Positions 22,368 through 35,863 of a DNA stretch of 64,000 bases are shown piece by piece. Made by a program: the position numbers and the translations under genes. The notes beneath the pieces are model-generated. The model saw only the letters and a list, made by a program, of their open reading frames with translations. It was not told the origin of the DNA and ran no database searches. Origin of the DNA: Callorhinchus milii (Eukaryota); the NCBI RefSeq assembly GCF_018977255.1, contig NW_024704743.1, positions 70,620,001 to 70,684,000 of the forward strand, written 5' to 3'. How positions within the stretch are numbered: position 1 is the stretch's first letter; each line of letters begins with the position of its first letter.

Positions 22368-23124
22368 ATATTGTAGTATGCCTATTTAGAATGCCATTGT
22401 TGAAAATGACCTCCAGGCCCTGCTTTCTGGGGAAAGTGCTATTGTTTGGAGTACAAGGTGATGCCACTGGAGTAGTGGCTTCAAGTGTTCCAAGATGCTA
22501 CCTGCGTGAAGGAACTATATAAATGCAAGTTGTTCTTGTTGTAGTTGGGTGGGGAGGAAACAGTTGGAATTACAAGGGGCAGACCAAGTTGGTGTTAGAA
22601 CATAAGCAAAAAAGAAGTGTGTTCTGTGAGGAAAGTAGACACCAGAGGAATCAACATGTTGGTCACCCAAGAGATGCTGAGGGCAGTCAAAGTAGCGTCA
22701 CAGGCCAGCCCATGGTAGGGTCAGTGTAGGGTGTGAGCCCTGGTACCATGATGTAGCCAAATATGAAGAAAATGACAGAAAGTCTTACCCTACACATAAG
22801 TGTCGATTATCCTTTTTATTGTCTAACAAAGTACAACATCAATCAATATAACATCATTCCTTTGGTCTTCAGGTATTTTGATCAGGTGGGTTGAACAGAT
22901 GTTGTGTGTTAAAAGGGAACACACTCTCTGAAGGAAGTAGTCATGCAGATGCTTTCTCAAATCTCTCACTAATCTTCAAAATTGCTACTTTCAGAGCTTC
23001 ATAGATTGAAAAAGACTCAACGTACACCCCCCCCACCCCCCAACCCCCGAATGTCTATTAAATTATAAAGTAGCTTCCTGTATATATCATATATATTAAA
23101 CTTTGTACAATGAAACACTGTTAT

Positions 23125-23495
23125 CATTGTTTGTCTCCAAATCCCTTCACACCCTGGTACCACCCTACCTTTCTGACCTGTTTCTCCCCACTCCACTACA
23201 CACTGCCACTGCTTGGCTGGTTCTGGCCTCCTGCTTGTCCTTCGTCTCCTCTGCTCCACCATCGGTGGCCGCACTTTCAACTACTATACTCCGAAGCTTT
23301 GAAACTCTCTCCCCCAATCCCTCCGCCTTCCCCCCTCCTTCCCCTCTTTTAGATTACTACTGAAGAGTTTCCCTTCGACCATCCTTATGGTCACCTTCTC
23401 CCTCCCCCCGGGTCGGTGTTAGGTCTGCCAATGTTAAGCTCTCTAAGATGCTGTCCTGCATGAAGTGTACTACATAAATTCAAGTTGTTGTTGTT
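23125..23495 (+). mobile_element. Old L2 3' end
   Basis: VSKSLHTLVPPYLSDL, CCACCATCGGTGGCCGCAC and a TTGTTG tail. Confidence 0.85.
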
Positions 23496-23984
23496 ATCAA
23501 TACACAAGTAGCTTGGTTTTGAGGTGGTCCTCCCTATCTTGCAAAGACTTGTCAATGCCTTGAGTAAATGAGAGTAGAGACTTCTCTTTGCTAAGTTGAA
23601 AATAAATCTCTGATAGGAGACAGATATTTATCTCTGAAAATAACTGAAACAAACATATTTCTATGTTGAAGTAACAAGGTCCCAATCCTATCTCCTGTCC
23701 AAGATGAACCCTTGAACACTGGCCTGTAGTTTGTTAATGGGCATTGATGTTAAAAGGTTCAGAAACAGAATTTCAATAGGAAAATACTTTTGCTCTGAAC
23801 TCCACCCATTAATGAGCACCAATTAAATATTTGTCTCTGGTAATTTGAAAATAGTTGCACCAAAAAAGGCATATGGAATTTGGTGTGTATTTTATCTAAA
23901 TACGTTTTGCTTTTAACACATAAATTCTATTACATTTAATTTATTTTTTGATGGAAAATTGTATGGCACTTCTAGCCTCAGATA

Positions 23985-24270
23985 TGTTGACAACAATTTG
24001 TACATATACAGTAGCTTTCCCATTGGAGAATCTTTCAAAGTGTTTTACAGAAATGGAGTGGGGAACAACGGAACCTGGCAAGGATGAGGATGATACGCTC
24101 AAGAAGCCCCACAGCGGGGGAGAATATGGGCTGTGGAGGTGAGGGGTTTGCTGCGTTGGGGTGAGGTAGATGAAGCCGATGATACTACAGAGAGAGAGGA
24201 AGGCAGACTTGGTCAGAACCTGAATGAAAGGTTTAAAAGAGACGTGAGAGTTGAACAAAATACTAAGATT
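23985..24270 (-). mobile_element. Old, internally deleted L2 fragment
   Basis: Minus VQNLSILFNSHVSFKPFIQVLTKSAF joined to the L2 3' tail. Confidence 0.7.
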
Positions 24271-24335
24271 TTGTACTGCGATGTCATCATGATAATACTT
24301 ACATTGCCAAACCGACAAAACCTGAGCCAGGCAAA

Positions 24336-24790
24336 GGTATCAGCCTGGCTCAGTTACCAGCACTCTAGGCTAACACTCCAATCATTGTCAGAACTGTCAA
24401 CTTTCTGGTGAAATGTTTGTCCAGCACTTCGGGACATCTGCCCTATGTGAAAAGTATAAGTGGAAATTATATATTGTATGCCCTATATAAGTGTAAATTG
24501 TATTGTAAATCATATGCTAAACTGAGGTCATGTCTGTCTGTTCTGGTGCACATTAATGATCCCTTGACACGATTCAAGGTTTGAGCGTCTCCTGGTATCC
24601 TGGTCACCAAACCTCCAAATAAAAATAGATCATTCCCTGCATGCTGTTTGTGGGGCCTTACTGTGTGCAGACAACTTATCTAATTTGTCTACAAAATACA
24701 CAGTTGCTATTTTTTGAAGAAAATTCAATGAAGCCAATTCAGACATTTTGACATTATAGGTGCCATATCAAATGAAAAGATTATTATTTT
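24336..24790 (+). mobile_element. Deu-SINE with an L2-tail insertion at about 24420-24510
   Basis: Head CCTGGCTCAGT; core TAAACTGAGGTC...GATCCCTTGACACGATTC...TCCTGGTATCCTGG; tail. Confidence 0.7.
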
Positions 24791-27562
24791 TTAGCTTTAG
24801 AATAGTTTAGGGTGTCAATAACCTTTGACATCTTCACAATGGTTTGAACTGAAGTCTGCACAACTCTGACTGATTCCAATGCTGTTGCTTTTCAGGGCTG
24901 CTGTGTACAAGATGCTGTCCCATTAAGCTGGTATCCCATTAATTGGTTTATGGAACCAAATGAATGAATATTAGAGTGTAATTTTATATAAGATGGTTCA
25001 AAGGTGTTGAATCCTGTTAACATGCCTCAAACTGAAACATGCTCTCAGCAATAAGTTGAACCATATGAATGTTGCATTGTTCAATCATTCCTTGGAGATA
25101 TAAATTGAAGTTACAAAAAAGCATTTACGTCGTAACGCATGTTTATCCAGGCATGAAGAAGGCAATAACCCACACAAACTGTCAAGGTGCAACAAAGGCA
25201 TTTATTAGAGGTTTGTGTTGGTTTTGCCAAGTGCATGCTTCAGTGAGTTTGTATTACTGCTATTAAGCTGCACCAATGATTCAAATGTATTTTACTGTGT
25301 CAGTAATTTTTTTGTTTTTTAAAAATCACTGGGGCAGTATATTAAAGTTAATTTATGTTTGCCATATCTTGTAGCTGGCAAAGTCTCAACAAGACACTTA
25401 ACACTTTGGCTGTTCAATGCACCTGGAGTAATGGAGGAATTTCTGTTTTACTAAGAGAACTGCTTAAAAGTATCCTAAGCTATGATATCCAGATTAGCAA
25501 ACACAAATGGCTTATGTTTTTGAAATATTCCTGTCACTCTTGTATTCCTAATAGCAGATTAATGTCGAATCCTGTCTGTTTCTGCGACAATCATTTGACA
25601 ATTTGTGAGCACAGCAGTAAAAGACCTTTACACAGTCATGTGTAACATATCTGCTGTTTGTTTTCATACATCTACTAGTGATGTGGACCCAAAGGATTTC
25701 ACAATAAATTCTATGTGTGTGACACAGTAATATCTCGGTTGCAGAACTGTGCAGATTGAACTCTGTACCTACCACCTACAGTGAGAAAATTAATTAAAAT
25801 ATGACTATTTTGGTTGTACTGATTAATGAGCAATATTTGATGAAAATTATAACTGTGTGTGTTGCTATGGCTGCCAACATTTTTTTTTAATCTTTGTTAA
25901 TCTTATACTTTACCAGCAATTAGTATCCCAGAAAATAAAACAATGGGTAAGCATAGAAGATTATTTTCATTTTTTGATAACAGTATAGATTTAAATTAGA
26001 TAGGTGTATAATTAAGCAAGATCTACCACTTTAACTCTGAGATTTCAGACCCAGTCTAATACATTCATGATATTTAGACTATTTCTGTCCTGGGCTGATG
26101 CTCACACAATCTGTTGTTGAAGTTGGAATTTGATGGATTTTGTGAATTTCAGAATGATATGTCCACCTATAATATCAAAGAACACGTGATGTCTCTCTTT
26201 CACTCCTGTGATTTGTATGAATTGGGCTGGCTTCTTCTGATAGCAGAGTCATTCAAAGTGGGATTTCCTTTTCCCTGTTCAAATCACTATAAGCAGGAGC
26301 TAAAGATAGTTCCATGCAGGTGCACTGAAGCCAATGTTGTATTCTGTTATATTTGTCTAGAAGCACACAGTCTCTACACTGTACAATCAAATCCTGCAAA
26401 GTGCTTTGAGATGCTTCAATGTCATAATAAGGCAAGAATGCAAGACTGGAATATCTGTCTATATTGATCTGGTTAATGGTGTTACATCCTGATAACATCA
26501 AATGCAAGAATCATGATTATTGTTATTATGTTACTGAAAAGGACGCAATGTTTTGGATGCTTAAGAACATTAAGAAGCGGTCGGGTGGTTGCAAATATAC
26601 AGTTACCAAAGCTGACAGTAATTATCTGTGAAACATTGAGATGTTTCAGCATTATAGGCAATGGATCAAATGCATCGATTATAGATAGACTGCACCTTTA
26701 CATTTTTTTCTAAATGTAAAGTTTGTTTGAAATTGGCTTCAGTAAAATCTGAATTATACTGTAACCAATAGCACTGAATATTTCGCAAAGTGAATTCAGA
26801 ATCAAAGCGATGTCCTGAACTCTGAATTTATATTGCACTTTTAACATTGATTCAATTTAGTATTGAACAAATGTTAACTGTGCAGAGTAAATGGGGCTTT
26901 AAAAACGCATATAAATGTGTGTCAGTGAGGCACTTCCTTAGTTGCTTCGACAGGCATAGTATATTTCTGTGCAAATCTGGAGCAGACATATCCCAGGAGG
27001 GCGGAAAACAGATGCAAACTAAACTTCATGAAAGAAGGAGTTATCAGGATGTAACACCATTAATAAGATCAATATAGACAGAGATTCCAGTCATGCTTAT
27101 TTCAATTATTCCACTGTGGAGCTAATGACCAGATTCGCTGAAACAAGGACAGCATTTTGTATTTTATAATAAAATGATGGAATTAATTCTCACTATAGAG
27201 TGAGGGAGAGAAAGATTGTAATTTGAGAGTTATTTACCGTATGTGAAGTTTCATTCTTCATTTACACTTGTGGCTACTTTAGGACGCTGAAAAGTTGCTA
27301 CACGACATTTAGCCCATCCCTGTGAATTTTATATGAAAATTCTGTGGCAAATAGTCCCATAGGGAGGTGATGTGCGAGAAATGTGAGGGAAGAGCCACAA
27401 TGCTACAAAAATAACTTTATGCATGTTTTTGTCACAAGCCTTGAAAAGTAATAGAATTACTACAGTTCAATTGCTAATCAGTTGTAAATTACAATTGCAG
27501 TTCAGAGTGGGGTTTAGATGAACAATGTCCAGAATTAGAAAAACGGAACCATGACTTTACAC

Positions 27563-27929
27563 AATAATAAAAATAATAATCCTTGCATTTGATACAGCGC
27601 CGTATTACGTCTTTGAGATGCCTCAAAAGAGTGCTTCACAGAGTGTACTATAAAATGAATTGACTGTATATTTTGTGGGTGAAACATGGCAGCGAATTGC
27701 ACCAGCCAATTTGGATTGAGTGACAAAATTATTATTATTTGTTTTATTTTTTATTTTTAAAGGGATTATTGTCCCCGGGAAAGCAATCCACCAACCGACT
27801 AACAACCAGGTTCCTACTTACTAAACAGAGGCATAAGGAAACTTGCCTAACGTTTCGCCCTGCCCGGGAATTAAACTCAAGTCTCTAGCTTACGAAGCTA
27901 GTGCTTCAACCAATATACTACAGGACTCC
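27563..27929 (-). mobile_element. Young tRNA-SINE, long variant
   Basis: Ends CTACAGGACTCC (reverse of the head); internal CCAGGTTCCTACTTAC block. Confidence 0.9.
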
Positions 27930-28002
27930 ACATATTGATCACATCCATTTTTAGTAGCCCTGTAGCTTATATCCTTCAATTTGTTTCATTACATAATTGT
28001 TA

Positions 28003-28118
28003 CATTCACCTACAGAATACACAGTCACTACTTTTACAGTATATCGTATAAAGCACTTTGAGGCATCCTCCTGTTATGACAGGTGCTATATCAATTGCAT
28101 GGATTATTATTATTATTA
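28003..28118 (+). mobile_element. SINE 3' fragment
   Basis: ACACAGTCACTACTTTTACAG...GTGCTATATCAATTGCATGGATTATT. Confidence 0.8.
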
Positions 28119-30320
28119 GTGTTCCTGTGATGTAAAAAATATGTTCATAATAATTATCTTCCAGATTAGATCTACCTGACTCCTTTTTTCCATTTCTCAT
28201 AACCTACATAAATGTTACAATGCAGAACAAAGTAGGAAATGATCATCTGTTTTATGTCATATACAGTGGATACATTACTGTTAACGTTGCCTTTCTTCAA
28301 AGAACACATATATGTGCAACATTGGACTGCCTGCTCTGTTTTTGCACCACAATTCACATGCTTTTGTGGGCAAAAGCGTACAATGTTACCTATGCTCCAA
28401 CAGCCCACATAAACCCACAGCAATTACAGCAATATACAGACATCATACAAAACACAGCTGCTCCCGAATTGCATATCTTTCACAAATACATTTTCCAATA
28501 TGCGTGGCAAAACCTACATAGTTGACGTCTACGCAAGTCGCACTGATTTATTGCAGATAACCACATCGCTACTGAAGCCCACACAAGTTTTGAACAACTC
28601 AGTTCCTTCTTCTACCTAAATGACACAGACCATAGAACGAGAACAATAATCAAACCTACATAGTTACCTGATCAAACATGCAACAATCTTATGCAGAGCC
28701 GTATGCTTCCTGCCCAGACTCACACTGCCTACCTACACCTACACAACCAGCAAAGACCTACATAGCTGCACCAGTGATATCAAGTGTTACAATAAAATAC
28801 TGATACTTTTAAAAAATGTAGTTTATGCAAGAAAAATATTGTGTTTCTGCCAGAAATTCAGCTGAAGAACTAATTTGTTATTTTGTGTTATATTTAATAG
28901 CTGGGCTTTTAAACATACCTGTAGACTGTGAGAACTTATTATAAGGAATAAAGGAGAATTTAACGTTAATGCTATCTATAAAAGTTACATTCACTCTGAC
29001 ATTACTACGTCTGTAACTAATTCACTTTGCGTCTGTTTGTAAGACATTGTTCTGTGCAAATTGTGTTTGCCTACAAATGGACACTAAAAATCCTGTGAAG
29101 TGCTTTGAGGCATTTTATCAACCAACTGCAAGGGTTGTTATTTTTACTATTATAATCATTCTTCACTGGATAAATGATACAATGATTGTTTTCCTTCACA
29201 AAATAAAAACTTCAAACCACAAGCAACCTTTTGTCCCAGTTCTGGTGCTGAGCCGTGGACTATTAGTAGCATAGGAGAAATATCAGTAGATTAGTCGGAA
29301 GCAAACCTTATTAAAAAAAATCACTAAAGATAATACTGGCAGCTGGGTTGCAGTTAGATTCCATACAGATCTGGATCGAAGATTGGTTATATAATCAAAG
29401 CATGGATCAGTGGCTTTTAATGTAAGTCCCATCTGCACACATTAGGGACATTCTCATGTGACTAGGGAAGGGAATGAGTGCTGTAATAGTTTAGAATACC
29501 AAAACATTCTAACCAGAAGCAAGATTGATATGGTGAAATGCAATTGTTTCAATAATTCAACACGTAATAGTGTGCCTTTCTTAATGGAATAGCTCAATAA
29601 GGAAATAAGAAACTGAAAGCACATCACGTATTTCACCCCAAGTTGCAGAAATTCTGGTCCTAAAGCAGATTACGTAAGTGCAGATTTCTTGTGAGTTAGC
29701 TTGACACACTTCCAGTTTCTTTTTAAAGGAAGTCTATTGGAAATTGATGCAAATTAGAGCCCACAGTGACTACATTACACAACCACTTCAGAGAAGTGGA
29801 TTATTGAAAATCTAATCAGATTTATCCCATTACTACCCTGAATATTGTCTAAAAAGTTGCCCACATCAGTACTTTCTAGCTTGCAATGTAACAAAACATT
29901 CCCAAGATTTGAGTCCCCTATTCTTCTGGCCAAAAGCAAGCATCCTGTGAAGCAGAACTGAAATATCAATCTCCAGGCAACAATATCAATGATGGCTTTA
30001 GAGGCAAAATAAATGTTCATGCTAAAATATTTGGACTGGCTTTAATCCATAGTGTCACAGTCAGAGTAAGAAAGATAATTATCATATTGAATCTGCTAAA
30101 CAAAATTGCAAAATTGCATGGTTTGCAATAAAAATATATCCTGATTTTACTGAATAGTAAACAATATTGAAATATCCTGGGAAAGCAACAGTGAAAAGAT
30201 TAACAAGCCTGAAAGCTTGTTACCAGCAATGAAATCTGTATCAGCAAACATGCTGTAAGTAGGTCATGGGGCATTATGAGATTGCAAACAACAACAACAA
30301 CCACAAGATTACATTTGTGC

Positions 30321-30369
30321 AGCAGAATATAAACTGTACAAGCAGAATATAAATTGTATAAACAGAATA
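30321..30369 (+). repeat. 20-bp tandem repeat, about 2.5 copies
   Basis: AGCAGAATATAAACTGTACA AGCAGAATATAAATTGTATA AACAGAATA. Confidence 0.85.
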
Positions 30370-30614
30370 GAACTAACAAGGAAAAAGATCATTGCTTTAT
30401 AGGTCTAACAGAAATGTTAGTAGGCCAGAGAAGGGAGAAGGAACACAATGAGTATGCCTTAGACTTAGTAGGAGACCTTTATGGAGAATGAAAAGGGAGA
30501 CCATTTAAAAGGCTTGCATGAATTGTAACTGTCGGTAATCTAATGATACAAATGTGCTCAGCGAGAGGTGTCTTAAAAATTGCAATATACAATATAATAA
30601 TAATGCTTACATTT

Positions 30615-31490
30615 GATAAGCACGTAGGAACATGAGGAGGCCATTCGGCCCATCGAGCATGTCCCACTATATTCCAAGATTATGGCCATTCTGCAACTCA
30701 ATTCCACCTCCCCACTCTCTCTGCATATCCCTAGATACCCCTGTCTATAAAGTGTTTATCTATTTGTGTTTTAAATTCTTCAATTGACTTTGTCTCCACT
30801 GCTCTCTCGGGGAATGAATTCCACACTCCCATCACCCACTGCATGACAAAATGTTTCCGTATTTCACTTCTAAATGGTTTGTTTCACCTCAAGTTAAAAC
30901 TGTGGCCTCTAGTTCTCAATTCTCTCATCAGAGGAAACGGTTGCTTGTTGCTCAGCTTCTCAAATCCCTTCATAATTTTATATACCCAGATCACCCCTCA
31001 ACCTCCTGAACTTGAGAGAATACAATCCATGTTTTTTCATCCTTTCATCATAATTTAGCCCCTTGACACCAGGAATCATTCTAGTAAATCAATGCTACAC
31101 ACTCTCTAAGGTACATATATCCTTCCTAAGGTTTGGTGCCCAAAACTGCATACAACACTCCAAATGGCATCTGACCAGTATTTTATACAACTGCAATATC
31201 ACTTCTTGACTCTTGTATTCTAGCCTCTTGTGATAAATGTCAACATTACATTAGCATTTTTGATTACATTCTGCACTTGTGCAATACATTTTAAAGTTTT
31301 ATGAACCTTAACACCTTGATCCCTTGCTCATAACCTCACTAAATGTTTCTTTATCAAGAATGTAGTCCAACTCAACATTCTTAGGTCCAAAATGAACCAT
31401 CTCATCACTTTGTCACATTGAACTCCATTTGCCATAGTTCCGCCCATTCTCTTCATCTGTCTATATCTCTCTGCAATTATCCGCTGCCTT
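30615..31490 (-). mobile_element. CR1 3' portion
   Basis: GGAGGCCATTCGGCCCATCGAGC tail; AAAACTGTGGCCTCTAGTTCT (RTRGHS); GAACTCCATTTGCCA (WQMEF). Confidence 0.9.
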
Positions 31491-31876
31491 TAACTAGTGC
31501 ACAGCACTGACAATGGTACAGCTAAAAAAAACTTGAGAAGACTAGTGAGGGTAGGTGAAACGTACACCTGGAGATTACTGAAAAGGACATTCTTAAGAAA
31601 GTTGCCACTTGGAAAACAGCTTCTCCACACCACCTCCTCAGCCTATGGTTGTGGGTACGTTAGGTGTTGTAATTGATGTATTAAACAAAATGCTAAGATC
31701 TGAAGAGCGACTTCAAACTTTTCTTCGATAAGCTTGGAATCATTTGACTGGAAAGGGATTTATCACTATTACTATGCTGACTTCCTACCCACTTATGGGT
31801 TGGACCTGTGGAATGAGCTTGAATAAACCCCAACATCTACTGGTGGATCCAGATGCATTTCATACAAAAAACATCA

Positions 31877-32189
31877 TTCAAATGATGATATGTTAAACCG
31901 AGGTCCTGTCTGCCTGCCTAAAGTAGATGTTGAAGATAAGGTGGTGCTATTCAAAAAGAGAAGGGAGATTTTCCCGGGGGCCTGGCCAGCAATCTCCCCT
32001 CTCTCCCTCAAGTACAATTGGTCATTCACTCCACGGATATTTGTGGGACATTGCTGTGCACAAAATTGACTGCCAAGTTTGCCCTCAAAACATACAGTGA
32101 CTCCACTTTACAATATACCATGTGAAGCACTTTGAAGCATCTTCCTGGTGTGAAAGGTGCTACAACAAATGCAAGGATTATTATTATTG
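31877..32189 (+). mobile_element. Deu-SINE lacking the head
   Basis: GTTAAACCGAGGTCCTGTCTGCC...CCTGGCCAGC...CAAGGATTATTATT. Confidence 0.85.
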
Positions 32190-32574
32190 AATCAGGACTC
32201 ACAGATTTCATCAATAAATCTGGTTCCAGCCTTACAAAAAATATTGAAGACCTATAATCTAGTAGGTTGCATTTGCATTGTTCTGCCACTTACGTATTGA
32301 ACAGGTTCAAGAATCTAAATTTCTGGAGCAAACTATTGATGCACTTACTGCATTGCACATAACTCAGACATGCCAAAACTTGCTTCCCAGAGTGAGCAAA
32401 TGTGTTAGTGCATATATACATGTGGAAAGTGGGAGAGAATAATCTTCCACCCCCCCTACACCCCAAACACATATATTAATGCCTTTGTTATTTTCAAAAT
32501 AGATTTGAATGATTAGGGTTTAAAATAAGGTGAACATCACAGATGCTATGTCACAGGAAGTCTGTTCTGAAAGT

Positions 32575-33220
32575 AGTAATATAGGACAGGAGGCCATTCA
32601 GCCCCCACAAAGCCTGTTCCACCAGGTTATTATATAATGGAACAACAACAACAAAATTACATTTATAGAGCGCTTTTCACGTTGGGAGGACGTCCCAAAG
32701 CACTGAACAGTCAGGTGTCGGGGCCCGAGCATGGGGGAGGGGGGGATGTAGGGGTGTGGGAAGGCAGAGAGGTGGGAAGGAAACCAAAGGCATGGTCGAA
32801 GAGAAGGGTCTTGAGACCGGCCTTGAAGGAGGCAAGGGAGGAAGCGAGGCAAAGGGACCGTGGGATGGAGTTCCAGAGTGTGGGGGTAGAGAGGCTGAAA
32901 GCCCAGCAACCGATGGTAGGGCGGGTTGTGCAGGAGACATGGAACAGGCTGGAGCCCGGTGAACGGAAGGAGCGGGCAGGTTGGTAGGGAGTCAGCAGGT
33001 CAGAGAAGATATTTTAATATAATTTCCCTGTCTTTTCTCCATAGCTGTCAATCCCCTAATTTCCCAAGAATCTGTCTCTATTTTAAACGTCCCAATTGAT
33101 TTTGCCTGTACAGCCCTCTTTAGCAGAGCATTTCACATTTTCACAATCTTCTGTAAGAGGAAATGGTTTCACTTTTAACCAGCTCAGCTCAAATTTTCAC
33201 ATTACATCCTTTGTTTTCGA
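32575..33220 (-). mobile_element. Old CR1 3' end split by the L2 at 32641-33008
   Basis: GGAGGCCATTCAGCCC tail on the left; CCCAAGAATCTGTC...GCAGAGCATTTCACATTTTCAC on the right. Confidence 0.7.
32641..33008 (-). mobile_element. Young L2 3' end
   Basis: (TTG)n tail at 32641; reverse of LWNSIP...SFKAGLKTLLF. Confidence 0.92.
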
Positions 33221-35659
33221 GTAGATTGCAGTGGAGGGCATTCCTGTGAGCCAGTATGACATACTTCTTAAGGAATCCAGCTTGAAATGGTCTGGTTTTA
33301 GGCCTCATTATTCCACCAACAAATGGTTGCAGGGTGAGAGCTTACTTGGAAAATACCTTAATGAACATACTTTAGCAGCTTACTTTAGATTCTCCGAAAT
33401 CATGCGCTTCTCCAGTTCTACCTCCTGATATTAATCATTAGAAATTTACAAGATTATTATCACAGCTGTTACTTTACAGAAACCAGCAAAACATTTGGAA
33501 AGCTGCAAAGCAAACTGACTCAAAAAGCTTAATCATCGGATATTCTAACGTCTTTGTTATGACATAAATCGCTCCAAGCAGGGGCTTGGCAAATGCAAAA
33601 ATGCAGTTTCTGTTTTCATTGCATACAGATTAAAAGAGTAAAGTGTCGCTCCACGAAAAGACAGTCAGTTAGCACGTTCACTGAAACAAAGACAGAAGCT
33701 ACAACTGGGCTCAAACTTTAATAGGAAATAACCAACACATTTACACTGCTTCAGGCAGGTGCAGACTGATACACACAGCTCTTTACCATTTTTATATGGT
33801 CTGCCCTTGATCAAGGGCACCTTGTACATGTGGCCAAATTATGTTTATGTGGCTATATCACATATCACAGGTGCCCTGTGCCCTTGTGGTAAAGCTATAT
33901 ACACAATATTTAGCCATATATACAGCATTTAGTCTTATTGCCTTAAACATCGGTGTTGGCTATGAATGGTGAGGTTGATTCTTAAAATTATTGTGCTGGT
34001 GTATGTGGCTTTTATATCATATTGTTCATTGTAGGAAAATTGTTTGTTACAGCCATATGAAACATATTAATCATTTAAAAATAATATTATGGTCCTTAAT
34101 GTGCCAGTTTTGAAAATAGGACAAAATGCTTACCAGATAATGTCGTTTAAACAGATAGTATAACTGGCTTCAAGAAAATATGGATTGAAAAATACAGTTT
34201 AAAGGCAAATTCCTTGCATCGAAAACCATCAAACGGTTTTGAATAACCTTTTATTTTTCTAAAGAAATCTCCCATTCTTATTAATTTATATTAGTTTAAC
34301 TCAACCTTGCTTCTAGATCAAGATTAGAGGTTCAAGCTCCACATTGGGATATGGGTTTGCAATGTTGACTATAATAGATAGTGCTGGTACCTTATTGCAT
34401 TGTCAGAGCTGTTGTCTTTCAGATGCATTGTTAAACCATGGTCCTGGATGGTTTTGTAAACCAATAGCATTCTTCCTTGCAACTCTTCTTAATGCATTTT
34501 ACAGACATAATGGATATTGTTGGCAAACTAATTCTGAAGCAAGGGTGAGGGGGAAAAGAGTGTAAGATATTCAACTTCTGTTCAGTACAATACAAACTAT
34601 TAGAGAAAATACAAATTCAATCGGAAGAATGTCCCAAGGTGCTTACTGAACGTAAGCACCTTTGCAATACCTAGCTGATTTAATCAGTAAACACCTAGCT
34701 GATTTAATCAACTGACGGGATGAATCATCTTACTTCTTCAAGAAAAAAATGTTTGTCAACCCTTTTTCAACTTTTGATTAAAAACACAATGCAGAGACCT
34801 AAATACCAGTGAAACACATCACAACAATTGAGTGTGACTCCATTGTACAGAAATTGTGCACGCTCTTCTCTATCCCCAAGCAAAAGAGTAAGATTAGCCT
34901 AACCCTACTTAGGAAGACAGTGTCCCTTCAAGTTCAACCCTAATGTTGCAAAAATTAATGTATTAGCAGTGTACCCGCTAATATAAGCAACTAACGCATT
35001 GTGTATTGGAGAAGTCCAGTCAAACACATATTGTTCATACTTTGCCTTATTTCTGCTTCCCTTCTACTTTCCTACGAGTCAAGTTTCCCAGNAAAAAATT
35101 ATCCCAGGGAGCAAAATACTGATTTGCTAAATATCATTGTGATCAAGTACTTTGAATAATGTATCCCAACTGGCAACGTCCACACGGAAGCAAAAGTAGG
35201 CAAAATGTCATATACCAACAGAATGAAGAGTGGCACTAGATGGTTTCTATTTTCAAAACAAACAAGTATTAACGTTACATATTCATAATGCACTGTTCTG
35301 CTATCCTCGACCTTTCAGGTACACAGAGAGACAAAAACATGGAAGGCAGAATTGATTTCTGGGTAAGTCATTCAACATCTTCTAAAGTTCTTACTGAGAG
35401 GTCCTATAATCTGATCCTAAATGGAAATCCATGTAACTTGTAATTTGGATGAGTTAGAAGGTCATTTCTTCTCTTGCTGTTTTTGTTCTGCTGTCTTATC
35501 TCTTAATGCTGAAAAACTGGAAGTTCTCTACAGCCCATCTAATGTTTTGAGGGTAGCAGCATTTTCCTAAGATAGACCAAAATCGTAGTGTAAATTCATT
35601 TGATTTATGAAGTCACAGAGGCCCCAGATTCCTCCTCAAGATCATTGTCTGGAAATCTA

Positions 35660-35790
35660 ACATTTGAGGAAGTTTGGAAAATCGTCTTCAATCCAATCTT
35701 TATTTGGAAGCCTGTTTGGAAAACAGGTTTCCAAATTTGGACTGAATTTTAAGAAGTTTCTGAATTCTGCACATCTTAAATTTAAAACAA
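35660..35790. repeat. Fold-back family copy
   Basis: Hairpin ATTTGGAAGCCTGTTT-GG-AAAACAGGTTTCCAAAT, followed by TTGGACTGAATTTTAAG. Confidence 0.7.
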
Positions 35791-35863
35791 GGCTTAGAGA
35801 TTTACATAGAGGTTTCAATGTTCCTTTGGATTTAATACAGGAAAATTATTCACATTCCCACAG

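Noticed and set aside
31520..31865. Possible second solo LTR (AATAAA near 31822)
   Set aside because: No convincing TG...CA termini or TSD identified.
34667..34710. Short tandem duplication ACCTAGCTGATTT(T)AATCA x2
   Set aside because: An ordinary local slippage duplication.
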